Source: Candidatus Poribacteria bacterium (GTDB lineage: Bacteria; Poribacteria; WGA-4E; PCPOR2b). Taken from it: a DNA stretch of 64,000 bases. The notes below the pieces were generated by a model. The model worked only from the letters and a program-made list of their open reading frames with translations. It was not told the DNA's origin and did no database searches. The stretch is taken from NCBI GenBank assembly GCA_965218095.1, contig OZ244587.1:1344001-1408000 (forward strand). The letters run 5' to 3'. A program made the translations under genes and the position numbers. Shown here piece by piece: positions 1 through 11,134 of this stretch (position 1 is its first letter; each line of letters begins with the position of its first letter).

Positions 1-243
1 CTTGAGTTGCAGTGCGCATTCACCTATGAGAAAACGTGCATCGTCGGCATCTTCGCTCTGCGGGTAGTTTTGGATGAATGCCTTAAGCGGATCTTTTGCA
101 ATGAAGTAGGCGCCAGTTTGGAATAGATTGTAAGCAAAAGCATATTCTTCACGCTCTCCCGCAACCGCAGGGGAAATTGCGCATCTGATCGTTGAAATGA
201 TGACTAGTATTTTGCAAAATGAGGACACTGTTTGACGTGTCAC
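1..243 (-). CDS. Secreted TPR-repeat protein (BamD/YbgF-like), N-terminal part, runs off the window edge
   Basis: GTG at 243 with GGGAGG RBS upstream; manual translation gives a signal-peptide-like N-terminus then EYAFAYNLFQTGAY...FIQNYPQSEDADDARFLIGEC, a typical TPR pattern. Confidence 0.7.
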   Translation of the reverse strand, partial: MTRQTVSSFCKILVIISTIRCAISPAVAGEREEYAFAYNLFQTGAYFIAKDPLKAFIQNYPQSEDADDARFLIGECALQLK

Positions 244-451
244 TGCCCCACCTCCCAGACCTTGACTGGCTTTCCAAAGGGCTATTATATCATTGTCTAC
301 TACTGTTTTCAAGCCTTTTTTAGGAATCTCAAAACGCACCGGAGAAAGGGTTTGACAGGGATAGAAGGTAAGAGGAGAATGTGAAGGGAGTTCTTATACC
401 GAATTCGGATTGGTTTTTCCCCTGGATCGAAAGGAAGAAATGGAGTTGGGT

Positions 452-485
452 GGAGCGTAACGTGACTGTGTTCACGTTACGCTCC
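452..485. repeat. Perfect 14-bp-stem intergenic hairpin
   Basis: GGAGCGTAACGTGA-ctgtgt-TCACGTTACGCTCC. Confidence 0.7.
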
Positions 486-717
486 GCCCGACGGAAGGAA
501 AGGAAGGAGAAGCCGTTGGCACTACCAAGGCTTGCAATCCAATTCTCTATCGCCTCTCCAACAAATGGGAAATTTCAAACCAAATGTCAACAAAACCTAG
601 TGATCAGGTCAAGTGTTCATTCGTTCAGGTTGAGTGAAGCGAGATTCTGATCGGTCGGAATGCACGCAGCGGGAAGTTCAGTGAACCGGTGAATCCATCG
701 GTATATTCGTCAATTCG

Positions 718-1716
718 CTAACTTGCCGAATCGCCGATACGTTCATTCGCCGAATCACTGGTTTCCTGATTCTCCGTGGCTTCTTGCTGGATCTCCTCTT
801 TTAAGGTTTCGAGTGGATGCTTTTTACGTTTCATGGGCACGACTTTTTCTTCGCGCAATGTCTCCATATCGGTGTAGGGGTCATAACTCTCTACAAAGCG
901 CCCATCGCGGAACAGCGTTACCTCACTGGTTTCCTCGCTAACCACAATTGCCGCCATTATTTCATCAAGCGATGAAGCGTAGATCGCAGCATTGTGTCTC
1001 GCACTTCCTTTCTGCAGAGGCTCCACTTTGTCGTATACTCGATGGGTTCGCACGCCCTCCACCATAATACGAGATCTAAAAGCCATTCCCCTCAAATCGA
1101 CAAGCAGCACGCCATCCCGTTCCTCGTGCCCAGTGATCTTGCCGCCTTCATCTTTCAAAATCACCTTTTCTCCCATATAACTAAACACTTCATCGATTTT
1201 AGAAGAAAAAATCTGAGGCGCCTGATCCGTGTCTTGATATTGGCTTTGCATCAGGTGTTCAGTCTGCCCCTCGTAGAATTCCGAGAAATTTGCATCGACC
1301 ATATTTCGGCGATCAACAAGCAACAAAAAAAGTCCACGATTCTCTCTCATCTTCTTGTTTGCCCGGGCGAAGTGTTTTGCCAATGCGTACAGTTTATCGA
1401 TATACAACCCAATGAGGTCTAATCGGTCTGCCCAGAGTTTTTCAATTTGCGCTCGGCTGATGCCGAGCTCATCGGCGAGTCCGTCTATACCTTCAGAGAT
1501 GTGTTGCTGCAGCTGTTCAAATCTCTTAGAAGTTTGTTCAAGCGCTTCCAATTGCTGCTTGAGCTCTGAGGTTTCTCTTGCGTACTCCGCTTCGCGGCGG
1601 TTTTTTTCTTTTTCCAGATTCTTGAAGTTATTCTCAAGCTGTTCACGTTGGTGACGTAGGGATTGCTGTTCATTAAGCATTCGTTGGTATCGTCTTCGGC
1701 TTAAAATCTTAAACAT
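718..1716 (-). CDS. Diadenylate cyclase (DisA_N/DAC) domain protein with N-terminal coiled coil
   Basis: DAC motifs ERDGVLLVD (DGA-like), GSARHNAA (RHR-like) and AIVVSEETSEVTLFRDG; heptad-rich first 80 aa. Confidence 0.75.
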   Translation of the reverse strand: MFKILSRRRYQRMLNEQQSLRHQREQLENNFKNLEKEKNRREAEYARETSELKQQLEALEQTSKRFEQLQQHISEGIDGLADELGISRAQIEKLWADRLDLIGLYIDKLYALAKHFARANKKMRENRGLFLLLVDRRNMVDANFSEFYEGQTEHLMQSQYQDTDQAPQIFSSKIDEVFSYMGEKVILKDEGGKITGHEERDGVLLVDLRGMAFRSRIMVEGVRTHRVYDKVEPLQKGSARHNAAIYASSLDEIMAAIVVSEETSEVTLFRDGRFVESYDPYTDMETLREEKVVPMKRKKHPLETLKEEIQQEATENQETSDSANERIGDSAS

Positions 1717-1757
1717 CTACTCATCTCCTTTTACCGATTTGGTTGAATATTGAACCG

Positions 1758-3464
1758 CTAATCTATTTGCTCCCTCGCCTTGCGCGCTTTCTGAAACAGA
1801 TATGCTCCGGAAACTAGTACTCCAATTAATACGACGAAGACACCGATGTTAATCAAGCGATTCCCAAAATTGAGTTTCCCTAATCTTTTTGTCGCCAGTT
1901 GATATTCTGGGGAACCTTTCGCTGCCTTCAATTTCACCTGCGTCCAGTACACTTTAGATTCTTCCCACAGATTAAGTGTATCTGCCAGTTTTGCTGTTGT
2001 GACAATATACGCGATATTTTGCACATCCACTCTCTTGACGACTGCCGAAAAAGAATCGAAAAGCATTTTCGTAAACTCAGGAGACATCGGTGGGAAGTCA
2101 GTGGTTTCCTCAATACCATTTTGAAAAGCGGCGATTGCTCCTTCGTGTGCTTTCCGATTAAACCGCATCTGGGCAACCTCGAACCACGTTTTTTTGGTAA
2201 GGATCAAATCTCGCTGGAGGGATTCGTGTGGAGCGAGCGTAAAAACTGCCGCTGCGTAATAGAGGTCGCCGCTTTCAGCACGCAGCGTGTATGCTTTACC
2301 CGGCGCTAACACTTTTGTATCAGATCGACCTTCACCAAATACAACACGAGTGATGTTGGCAGGAAGTCGATATTGAGCGTCCGCCCCAAGGCGCCGGCTA
2401 TTCCGTTCATATTCCGTTCCATCAACCGACACCGTCGCCCCTTCAAGGGGGACGCCATCGGAGACTTTGACCCTGCCGTAAACGACGATGGATTCCAAAT
2501 CCCACGAGAGATTAATTGCCTCCCCCTGAACCAGTTCAATTTGTACAGAACGAGCGCGTGGGATGAGGTATCCCGGCTTTCTGACTTCTACTTGGTATGT
2601 TCCACGGTCGAGGTTATCAATAAGGCGCTGCGGCGTTGTCCCAATCTCTTGCTTGCTGAGAAAAACTGATGCGCCATCAGGCACGCTAACAACCTTGAGC
2701 ATTGGGCTTAATTTCAGGACGGTTGATTCAAACTCCCCCGTCGGCACTAAAATGCCCTCCGTGAGTCGTGAAGCGCTATCTTCAGAAATTGTCAAATTGA
2801 GGCGCCTGTGGAGTTCTGCAATGGAGATTTGCCGATTATCATCAAGATCGGTTGCATCGTTTTTGAGCATCGCCAATAGATTTTGCGCAAACAGATCTTC
2901 ATCGCTTAAAGCTGCACGCTGAATCGATATGAACGCTCCGGCCCCAAGCAGTTCGCGATTGGCGTAAAAAGCCATCAAATTCCGATCTCTTGTGTAGGTA
3001 TCAAGAATGACAATCACTGAATTGCGGGACAATTCATGGAACCAACGATTCAGTTGTCGGTCTTTGAGCGCATTCGCTAAGTTCTCCGATGGCGCCCCGT
3101 ATGTTAGAAAGAAGATTGAATTCGATCTCTTGGGTTTGGTGACAAAACCGCGGAAGTAGAAAATGAGCCGATCTCCCTGTCCCATCCTGCGGGCAAAGCT
3201 ATCCAGGGCAATTTTAATGCCGTTGTGGGTGCATTCATTCCCTTCGATCCGATGGATTTGCTTCGGCGGGATGCTCCCGCGTTCTTTCAGAACGCTGACC
3301 AGTGAATCGAGATTGCTTTGAGCGCGAGCGTCAGTATCAGGACTAACAATCAACCACCAGGCTGTTGTATCGACAAGTTGAGCTTGTATCGGCGAAGCCG
3401 TGATAAGCGAAAACCCAATGAAAAGTACGATAAATACTGGAATTTGTTTCATCATTTGAGCCAT
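1758..3464 (-). CDS. Exported membrane-anchored protein with caspase-like fold, PEGA domain and TPR-like tail
   Basis: Signal peptide; GDRLIFYFRGF and IVILDTY resemble C14 caspase motifs; VSVPDGASVFL..IGTTP..GTYQVEVRKPGY is a PEGA pattern; C-terminal TM helix. Confidence 0.6.
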   Translation of the reverse strand: MAQMMKQIPVFIVLFIGFSLITASPIQAQLVDTTAWWLIVSPDTDARAQSNLDSLVSVLKERGSIPPKQIHRIEGNECTHNGIKIALDSFARRMGQGDRLIFYFRGFVTKPKRSNSIFFLTYGAPSENLANALKDRQLNRWFHELSRNSVIVILDTYTRDRNLMAFYANRELLGAGAFISIQRAALSDEDLFAQNLLAMLKNDATDLDDNRQISIAELHRRLNLTISEDSASRLTEGILVPTGEFESTVLKLSPMLKVVSVPDGASVFLSKQEIGTTPQRLIDNLDRGTYQVEVRKPGYLIPRARSVQIELVQGEAINLSWDLESIVVYGRVKVSDGVPLEGATVSVDGTEYERNSRRLGADAQYRLPANITRVVFGEGRSDTKVLAPGKAYTLRAESGDLYYAAAVFTLAPHESLQRDLILTKKTWFEVAQMRFNRKAHEGAIAAFQNGIEETTDFPPMSPEFTKMLFDSFSAVVKRVDVQNIAYIVTTAKLADTLNLWEESKVYWTQVKLKAAKGSPEYQLATKRLGKLNFGNRLINIGVFVVLIGVLVSGAYLFQKARKAREQID

Positions 3465-4062
3465 AATACTTGAAACGTAAAACGTGATACCGGTACAATT
3501 GACGCAACAACAGTTCGAATCTCACATATTGCCCCATCTGTCGACTGCCAAACGCAGCTTCATTTCCCTAATTCCACTGTACAAAATCTTTAACTATATC
3601 CTCTACCTGCTACCTGCTATACACCGGCTGTCAATCGAAGCAATTGCCCATTGACACATGCGCAGATAACCCAGAAAAGTTTCAACCGGTTCCCCCTGAA
3701 CTCACTTTCTTCCTTCATCCTTCCTTTTCTTCCAATTTCCCTATTTCCTCATTTCCTCGTTTGCTTCATATCTTCATGGATCTCGGAAAGAAACTGCTCC
3801 GTCAGCACATGTACGCACTCCTGTGCTGCTGCTTCCACTGCCTTTCGGTGCTTATCATTCTGTTTTCTACTGCTCATTTCCCAACCTTCCTCTTACAGGA
3901 ATTGGACTATAGAGTTAAGTGTAGCAGAAACTGTGAAGTGTTGCAAGTAAAAATTGGCGCTCCCATAAACCAGTCGAAGATTTTGGCCGCATCCATTGAA
4001 TTTCACGAACATCTTTTGACTTCAGAATGTCTAATACATCTGCGAAACCGCTCAATTTGGAC

Positions 4063-4091
4063 TTGACACAAAAGTGGAATTTTGCTAAACT
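4063..4091 (+). promoter_or_regulatory. Sigma70 promoter upstream of the 4203 CDS
   Basis: TTGACA-17 nt-TAAACT. Confidence 0.6.
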
Positions 4092-4202
4092 CTGCCCCGT
4101 GCTTTCTGGAGTACCTAGACGCACGCCGCAAAAACGATCGTGCCCCGGGGGACAATGTCTACATTTCCAATTCTAAATCTTTATTGCATAAGGTAAATCA
4201 AT

Positions 4203-6452
4203 ATGCCCAGTGTAACCATCCACATCGGCAAACGCCTCAATCCACTTGAACAACGTGCGGTCAAAGAACTTCAGCACTACAGCCGGACGTTGTTCGGCTG
4301 CGTGCCGGAAGTTTCCAGGTGTCCGTTGAAAGGGGAACGCACCCGCGCCGGACATGCCATCGTGCTCGGCACTCGTCAATCCAATTCAGCCTTCGCGTCC
4401 TTCAAACCCCTTGCTGAGCAGGAGTACATCATTCGCCGCAGGTCCGCTCACCGCCTCGATATCTGTGGTGGTTCACCAGTGGCCGTTCTCTGGGGCGCCT
4501 ACGAAGTCATTGAGCATTGGGGCGTCAGTTATCTGGTGCAGGGCGATGTTCTTCCTGACATGGAGAAAGTCGGGCCATTTCGTTTCCCGAAGCTGGATGT
4601 GCATCGCAAGCCGGTCTTCGAAACTCGCGCCGCCCGCATCCTCGGCGACATGATCAACACCATGGCCCTGGGCAGCCTGGCAGACCATGAAAGACTTTTC
4701 GATCAGCTCTGCAAGTTGCGCTTCAACGCAGTGGTGGCTGGCGGGAACTCTTTCAACCCCTGGTATCACTGGTCGTACCGTGGTCTTGATAAGAAAACAG
4801 CGGACATCACCTACGGTTTTCGGCACGTCATACACCAGCGTTCCATCGGCAGGGAAGTTATCGGCCGTCTCGGCCACTACACAAACCCCGACCTTCAGGG
4901 CGCCGAGACTTACGAAGAAAAACTGGCAGCGGGCAAGCGACTGCTGCACGGCATCATTGAGGCGGCGCACAAGCGGGGTATCCGCGTCATTGTTTCACAC
5001 ACCCTCAGCGACTTCCCGGAGGAAATACAAGTTAACCTGCCACGCTGGAGTCAGAAACATTGCATCCCCCCCACTAGTATGACGCGGGATCACTTCCATA
5101 CGCTCGGACTGCAGCGAGATGGCACCGCTTATCGATTCGGCCATCTGATGACGCCGCTGAATCCGGTGTATGTGGACATGGTCGAATCCATCCTGTCCGC
5201 GTTTATAGGGGAGTATCCGGAGATGGATGGCTGGTCCCTGACCGGTCATGAGTGGCCGCCCGGCGCCGGAGGCATCGAAGAATGCTGGCACCAACTGGAT
5301 CGGCGTCATGGGCTCAGTCCAGAGTTCACTTACGAAAAGCTGATAAAAAAAGCCTCGCGTTTGAAAATCAGTGGGAGCGCCGACCGAGCCGTTCATGCAG
5401 CACAGGGTGCCATCGCGACCAGCCGGCTGCTCGACCTCATCCTCAACGAGCGCAAAGTTATCAGCAGAATACTTTCGCCAAACGTAAAACTCTATGGAGG
5501 TTTAAATGAGACCCTGATGCCTGTTCTGCCGCGCATTTTTGACAGCGAGCGGCTGGAGTTCGTCGCATCAATGGATGTGTTACCTTCGGATGTGGAACGC
5601 CGCTCCGAGTCCCTCGCGTTTGCAGCCAATACTGGCTTCAAGACACACCTAGTCACGGTCATCAACGACGATAACACCGGATTCATACCCCAGTTCACAA
5701 CGAAGATTCTTCACAAAACGGTCCGGGCGATGCGAAAGTATGGTCTTGTTGGATACCGGTTTCGGCTCTACGATATGAGCAAGTATGAGCCGATAATGGG
5801 CTACATGGCCGAAACTAGCTGGGACCGGACAGCGACACCGAAGAAGACTTACACCCGACAAATCGAGCGCATCTGCGGCGAAGCCGCTGTAGAGCCCATT
5901 CGCAAGGCTTACATGATGCTTGAAAACTGTATGGATGACGTTGATGCCAGCTTTGGCACAGGCTTCATGATGCCCACATTGATGACTCGTTTCTGGCATG
6001 GCTTTGATAAATCCGAAGCCTGGAAGAGATTGATTAAAAAGTTTGGCGCGATTGCGCCTCTCCTTGAACAGGGGGTCGAGCTCAGCGAGCCACGGGGCAA
6101 ACAATACGCGGGCGACATGCTGGCTTTTGTGCGGTTTGCTCAATTGTATCTTGAGATGGCTTTGTGCGTTCTCCAGGCCGGCAGAAGCTACAGTGCCGTG
6201 CACGAAATGAAGCGCAACTGGGACAGAAAAGAGCCCTTTGATATGGACATTTGCAACCAGCACTACGAAGAGGCCGTCCAAAGCTTGGACGAAGCTCTTG
6301 GCACTTTGGAGCAGGCCACTCACGTCTGGGCCGATACCGTGCGCGACGCCTCCGACCTCGGTTCGCTCATCGGACTTAATGTCTACGGCCTGGACTGGCT
6401 GCGCGGTAAAGCCGATGAAATCCGGTTGGAATCGGAGCTTTGGAGTATGTAA
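4203..6452 (+). CDS. Putative glycoside hydrolase (GH20b/GH67-type N-terminal domain plus TIM-barrel-like core)
   Basis: 749 aa ORF; N-terminal AVKELQHY..IVLG..QEYIIR..ICGGSPVAVLWGAYEVIEHWG..PVFETR pattern typical of GH20b-like domains; family not assignable. Confidence 0.5.
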   Translation: MPSVTIHIGKRLNPLEQRAVKELQHYSRTLFGCVPEVSRCPLKGERTRAGHAIVLGTRQSNSAFASFKPLAEQEYIIRRRSAHRLDICGGSPVAVLWGAYEVIEHWGVSYLVQGDVLPDMEKVGPFRFPKLDVHRKPVFETRAARILGDMINTMALGSLADHERLFDQLCKLRFNAVVAGGNSFNPWYHWSYRGLDKKTADITYGFRHVIHQRSIGREVIGRLGHYTNPDLQGAETYEEKLAAGKRLLHGIIEAAHKRGIRVIVSHTLSDFPEEIQVNLPRWSQKHCIPPTSMTRDHFHTLGLQRDGTAYRFGHLMTPLNPVYVDMVESILSAFIGEYPEMDGWSLTGHEWPPGAGGIEECWHQLDRRHGLSPEFTYEKLIKKASRLKISGSADRAVHAAQGAIATSRLLDLILNERKVISRILSPNVKLYGGLNETLMPVLPRIFDSERLEFVASMDVLPSDVERRSESLAFAANTGFKTHLVTVINDDNTGFIPQFTTKILHKTVRAMRKYGLVGYRFRLYDMSKYEPIMGYMAETSWDRTATPKKTYTRQIERICGEAAVEPIRKAYMMLENCMDDVDASFGTGFMMPTLMTRFWHGFDKSEAWKRLIKKFGAIAPLLEQGVELSEPRGKQYAGDMLAFVRFAQLYLEMALCVLQAGRSYSAVHEMKRNWDRKEPFDMDICNQHYEEAVQSLDEALGTLEQATHVWADTVRDASDLGSLIGLNVYGLDWLRGKADEIRLESELWSM

Positions 6453-6489
6453 CCCCATTAGCGTTTTTCTTCAATCGGCACAAATACTA

Positions 6490-6834
6490 AAATTTGGACA
6501 AGTGTGCTAAAGTGTCTAAAGTGAGTCAACCCACAAGGGGGAAAGTGTGAAAGTGAGAAGGAGATTAAATCTCACTTTCCCCCTTTCACACACTCTGATT
6601 TATCCCCGAAAATAAATGAAGGGGAGACATAATTGTTGTCTGAATCACGGATTAAACACACGACGCGGATTCAGAACCGATTGAACCTTCCGATAAAAAT
6701 CGGCGATTCAGACCAGAGAAGATAGGGAGAAAGTGCATCTTGTTTTTCAACTTTAGAACATTTTAGACACTTTAGATTTGGCGGCACAATCCCGTCCTAA
6801 TAAGATTCCGTTTTATCAAGAATTGTCCAAACTC
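6490..6834. repeat. Nested MITE/REP-like intergenic complex
   Basis: Outer inverted ends AAATTTGGACAA / TTGTCCAAACTC flanked by TA; inner inverted CTAAAGTGTCTAAA / TTTAGACACTTTAG and further hairpins. Confidence 0.45.
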
Positions 6835-7082
6835 TAGTAGTAGTAGTATTAAGCTGCAGCATGAATAGTAAATCAGCGAATCATCAAACAAATGAATAGG
6901 CAAATCAGTTCATGAGTTGATGCGTTCATTCGCATCTTACGCATCACGCATCACATCCCATGCTCATTGTTTTTCCTTCCTATCGTCCAGCCTTCAGTTT
7001 AAACTTTCGATTCCCAATTCCGTCAAAAACCTCTGTCGAATTGACCCTAGACGAATGCGCAATAACCGTTAGGAGATGATGA

Positions 7083-8411
7083 ATGATCAGAAGGAGAATC
7101 CGGCTCGTTGTTGTTTGTGCGCTAACCCTTGGCTCTCTCACAGGAAACGCCCAAGAAGGACAAGAAATCGATCTCTCTCAGTCACTTACCCTGCAGCAGT
7201 GTATTCAACTGGCAATTGAAAATTCAACCGATATGCGGAACGCACGAATCGATACGGTGATTCAAGACTTACGTGTCAAGAATGTGCGTGCTCGCTATTA
7301 TCCAGATATCTTCCTCAATGGTCGGTATCATTTTTCGGATCAAATTGATTTTGGATTTGAGCGTGAAAACTATGACCTAGGCGTCACTGGACGGTATACG
7401 CTGTGGGACAACGGACAAAGAGAGGCAAATTTCTCGCAGACAAAGGAGAGCCGCAACGCGACAACAAGTCGTAACGAACAGACGAAACAGAACCTGATTT
7501 TTCAGGTCACGCAAGCATATTATAACGTCCTCAAAGCACAAGAACTGGTGAAAGTCGATTGGGAAATCCTGGCGAGATCCCGGGAGAATACCGATCGGGT
7601 CAGGGCTTTTGTAGAGGTGGGCAGCCAAATTGAAGCTGACATTGCGACCGCTCTGGTCAGGGAGGCAAACGATGAATTCAGCCTGCTGAATGATCAAAAC
7701 GCCCTTGAGATTGCGATGGCAAGCCTACCCAGGCTGATGGGGCTAGATTCGGGCACGTTGGTTACTGTCACTGAAGACAGCAGTTATCAACTGTACCGCC
7801 AAAAGGGACAAATTGAAGTGATAGAGATGTCCATCGAAGAAACCATCCAGAGGGCTTTTGAAACTCGTCCCGAATTTAAGGAACTCCAAGCCAGAATCAA
7901 GCAGCGAGAATGGGACTTGACACTGATAAAATTGGAACGTTGGCCCCAATTAAATGCGACATACAGTTACAATATCAATCTTGATGATTACCTCTATAAA
8001 CGCGAGAATTTCACGAATTTCCGGAGTTGGGATGTCACAACCACATTGAGTTTCCCAATCTTTGATGGCGGCGTTACCAAGCGGCGTGTCCAAGAGGCAG
8101 AGTTGACTCTTGAACAGGCCCGTGAAGATGCCAGTGATCTGGAGCGATCTATCGCGTTAGAGGTGCGCCAAGCCTACCTCAACCGGAAGCGGGCGGAAAC
8201 AGCGGTGCAGATTTCCAACACTCAAGTCCGAAACGCTGAGTTGAGCCTTAAGGTAATCAGAGGCCGTTTTGAGCAAGAACTCTCCATCCTGCTGGAACTT
8301 CTCAATGCCCAAACTGAGTTTGCGCAAGCCTTGACCAATCAAGTTCGCGCTTTTTATGACTATAAAATCGCGCAAGCCGCTTTGCAGCGGGGGATGGGAG
8401 TTATCCAATGA
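7083..8411 (+). CDS. TolC-family outer membrane efflux protein
   Basis: Signal peptide, LTLQQCIQLAIEN, duplicated OEP repeats, LSFPIFDGG motif. Confidence 0.9.
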   Translation: MIRRRIRLVVVCALTLGSLTGNAQEGQEIDLSQSLTLQQCIQLAIENSTDMRNARIDTVIQDLRVKNVRARYYPDIFLNGRYHFSDQIDFGFERENYDLGVTGRYTLWDNGQREANFSQTKESRNATTSRNEQTKQNLIFQVTQAYYNVLKAQELVKVDWEILARSRENTDRVRAFVEVGSQIEADIATALVREANDEFSLLNDQNALEIAMASLPRLMGLDSGTLVTVTEDSSYQLYRQKGQIEVIEMSIEETIQRAFETRPEFKELQARIKQREWDLTLIKLERWPQLNATYSYNINLDDYLYKRENFTNFRSWDVTTTLSFPIFDGGVTKRRVQEAELTLEQAREDASDLERSIALEVRQAYLNRKRAETAVQISNTQVRNAELSLKVIRGRFEQELSILLELLNAQTEFAQALTNQVRAFYDYKIAQAALQRGMGVIQ

Positions 8412-10384
8412 AACGCAAACGGACAATTATTCTTATTATCGGCATTCTGGTCCTCGTTGCTGTGGTTGCCATCCGTGCAACCATAACACGAGGTCAAAAG
8501 GACAAAGACGATGTAAACGAAAAAAAGGAGGTTGTCCGACACGGTGAATTTATCGTCAAAGTTAGAGAATCCGGCAACCTCGAACCCCTTGTCTCCGTTG
8601 ACGTTCGCTCGAATGTCGAAGGGGAGATCGAGGCGCTCTATATCAAAGAAGGCGATGTCGTGGAAAAAGAGCAGGCGCTGCTCCAGATCAACGACGAGCA
8701 AATCATTGAACAGCGGAAACAGGCCGAGGCGAATCGAAATGCGCGAAAGGCACAACTGGAACAGGCAAAACTGCGCATTGAGATGACAGAGAAGCAGCAG
8801 GAGAGCCAAATTACGCAAGCCCAAAACGCCGTTAAAGCCGCAGAGGCGGTCCTCGAGTTGCTGGAGGCAAACACACGCCAACGGATTACTGAAGCTGAGA
8901 CCCAAATTTCTACAACCAAAAACTTGCCTCAGCAGGACGAGATCGCGCTACGTCAGTCTGAAATTGGGCGACAGCAAGCAAACCTCACCCTTGAGCGAGC
9001 TCGGGCGGCAGAAGAATCGGCGACGGTTGCTTCTGAAACAGCCGAATCCGAATTGAAACGAAATCAGGAACTTTTCGAGAAAAAGTTGGTCTCGAAGCGG
9101 GCGCTTGAGGAAGCTGAAACACGCCGCGCAAACGCCCTTTCCCAATATGAAACCGCTCAAAAAGATGTCGAGTCTCAGATCAAGGCAGTTGAATCCCAAA
9201 CCCAAACCATTGATGCAAGAAAAGAGGCGATTGCAAGCCGTAAGGCAACCTTTCAGCTTCACCAACGGAACCTAACCACAATCAGAGAATCACAGGCAGC
9301 GCAAAAAAGACAACGCCTCGCAGAGTTGGAAAATGCGAAGACACGTCTCCAACAGATTCTGGAGACAACAGATGAAGAGAGGAAACTCACCATTCACGCA
9401 GAGGTTGGCGCACAAGCGGGGCTGCTAGAAGCTGAAAGCACCCTAAAAGCCCAGGAAGAACTTGTTGATTGGACAACTGTTGTCGCGCCGATGTCAGGAA
9501 CGGTTACGCTACTCAACGTCGAGGAGGGCGAAATTGTCACCTCTGGACGTTCCGCATTTTCTCGCGGCGGGCCCGCAATCCTGACCATCGCAGATCTCTC
9601 CAGAATGGTTGTCAAAACGCGGATCAACGAGGTGGACATCGCCAAGATTGAACTAGGACAAAGGGTGGAGATCCGTGTTGACGCTTACCGCGATAAAGTC
9701 TTTGAAGGCAGGGTGAGCGAAATTGCCCCAAGTGCATATACACCCCAACAAGGAAACCAACCAGCGGATGGCACGATCACTTTCGAGGTGATTATTGAAG
9801 TGATTGGATCGCCCCTCGAACTGCTGCCCGGCATGTCGGCAGACGTAGATATTATCGTCATGCAGCAGGAGGGCGTCCTTCAACTTCCTATCGATTCGGT
9901 GATCGATTCTGAAGTGTTGACGATCAAGGCAAATGTGCCAGCCGAATCGATAAGTCGTTTCAAATCCGATCAGGAAGTAGAGGTACAGAACCTCATTGGG
10001 AAGAAGTTTCCCGGCAAAGTTGGTAAAATCTCGTCGGACAAAACGCGCGGCAATGTCGAAATCTTGCTCGATGGAACGCCTCGTGGTTTGCGAACGGGAC
10101 CGACTGAGGTTCACATCTTATTCTCTGACACGGATAAGATCAAAGGGATTGAAGCTGAAATTGAAAGTGAAAAGAAGTATTTCGTCCTGCTTGATAAAGA
10201 AGCCCCACAAAAAAATACCCCAAAAAAGAAAAAGGGTAAAAAGAACAAAGAAAAGGGGGTTCGGACCCGGATCGAAGTTGGGCAGCGGAATAACACTCAC
10301 TTTGAGCTCATCAGCGGTCTTATCGAAGGCGATCGCGTATTCGTGCCTTCCATGCAACAACTCACACAAAAAGATCGGAGTTAG
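8408..10384 (+). CDS. Periplasmic adaptor (MFP, MacA/HlyD-like) with very long coiled coil
   Basis: N-terminal TM; lipoyl halves [20 protein letters not shown] and [18 protein letters not shown]; [13 protein letters not shown]; [11 protein letters not shown]; ATGA overlap with the tolC-like gene. Confidence 0.9.
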   Translation: MKRKRTIILIIGILVLVAVVAIRATITRGQKDKDDVNEKKEVVRHGEFIVKVRESGNLEPLVSVDVRSNVEGEIEALYIKEGDVVEKEQALLQINDEQIIEQRKQAEANRNARKAQLEQAKLRIEMTEKQQESQITQAQNAVKAAEAVLELLEANTRQRITEAETQISTTKNLPQQDEIALRQSEIGRQQANLTLERARAAEESATVASETAESELKRNQELFEKKLVSKRALEEAETRRANALSQYETAQKDVESQIKAVESQTQTIDARKEAIASRKATFQLHQRNLTTIRESQAAQKRQRLAELENAKTRLQQILETTDEERKLTIHAEVGAQAGLLEAESTLKAQEELVDWTTVVAPMSGTVTLLNVEEGEIVTSGRSAFSRGGPAILTIADLSRMVVKTRINEVDIAKIELGQRVEIRVDAYRDKVFEGRVSEIAPSAYTPQQGNQPADGTITFEVIIEVIGSPLELLPGMSADVDIIVMQQEGVLQLPIDSVIDSEVLTIKANVPAESISRFKSDQEVEVQNLIGKKFPGKVGKISSDKTRGNVEILLDGTPRGLRTGPTEVHILFSDTDKIKGIEAEIESEKKYFVLLDKEAPQKNTPKKKKGKKNKEKGVRTRIEVGQRNNTHFELISGLIEGDRVFVPSMQQLTQKDRS

Positions 10385-10400
10385 GAGTCGCGAGGTACCA

Positions 10401-11102
10401 ATGCTAACTGATGTTCGTAAAATACTAATTGATGTTCGTAACCTGACAAAAGTGTATGAAATGGGAGATGTAAGGGTTCACGCGCTGAGAGGCGTCTCAT
10501 TTACCGCCGAAAACGGTGAGTTTATTGCGGTCATGGGCCCGTCTGGTTCAGGAAAGTCTACACTGATGGACATCCTCGGCTGCCTTGCAAAGCCGACGGA
10601 AGGGGAATACTATCTCGAAGGAGAAGAAGTTGGTCAACTATCGGATAACCGTCTTGCCGAGATTCGCAATCGAAAGATTGGTTTTGTTTTTCAGTCGTAT
10701 AATCTTCTACCGCGAACGAGCGCCTTGCACAATGTTGAATTGCCGCTCATCTACAGTGGGGCGGGGCGTAAGGAACGGCGACGCAGAGCTTTTGAAGCGT
10801 TGGAAGCGGTGGGGTTAGCCGATCGGGTCAGTCATAAATCCACTGAGCTGTCCGGTGGACAGATCCAGCGCGTTGCAATTGCGCGTGCGCTCGTGAATAA
10901 CCCGTCAATGATCTTTGCCGATGAGCCAACGGGAAATTTGGATACCCGGTCCGGCAGCGAAATTATGGCAATTTTCGAGCAGCTAAATGAAGCAGGCAAC
11001 ACGATTATCATGGTCACACACGAACCCGAAATCGCAGCACATGCCCAACGCATCCTCCACATTCGGGATGGATTGATTGAGAGAGATGAAAAGATCGGGT
11101 AA
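10401..11102 (+). CDS. ABC transporter ATP-binding protein (MacB/LolD type)
   Basis: Walker [10 protein letters not shown], signature [15 protein letters not shown], Walker [11 protein letters not shown]; ATG at 10401 follows a GAGG RBS. Confidence 0.92.
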   Translation: MLTDVRKILIDVRNLTKVYEMGDVRVHALRGVSFTAENGEFIAVMGPSGSGKSTLMDILGCLAKPTEGEYYLEGEEVGQLSDNRLAEIRNRKIGFVFQSYNLLPRTSALHNVELPLIYSGAGRKERRRRAFEALEAVGLADRVSHKSTELSGGQIQRVAIARALVNNPSMIFADEPTGNLDTRSGSEIMAIFEQLNEAGNTIIMVTHEPEIAAHAQRILHIRDGLIERDEKIG

Positions 11103-11134
11103 TCAGCGAATTGGCACATACCTTCCGGAGACGA

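Noticed and set aside
3644-4066. 140 aa and 99 aa ORFs in the divergent intergenic region
   Set aside because: They derive from pyrimidine-rich low-complexity sequence and overlap promoter-like signals, with no protein motif or RBS.
9996-10400. N-terminal extension of the ABC ATPase
   Set aside because: It overlaps the MFP gene in another frame; the RBS-supported ATG is at 10401.
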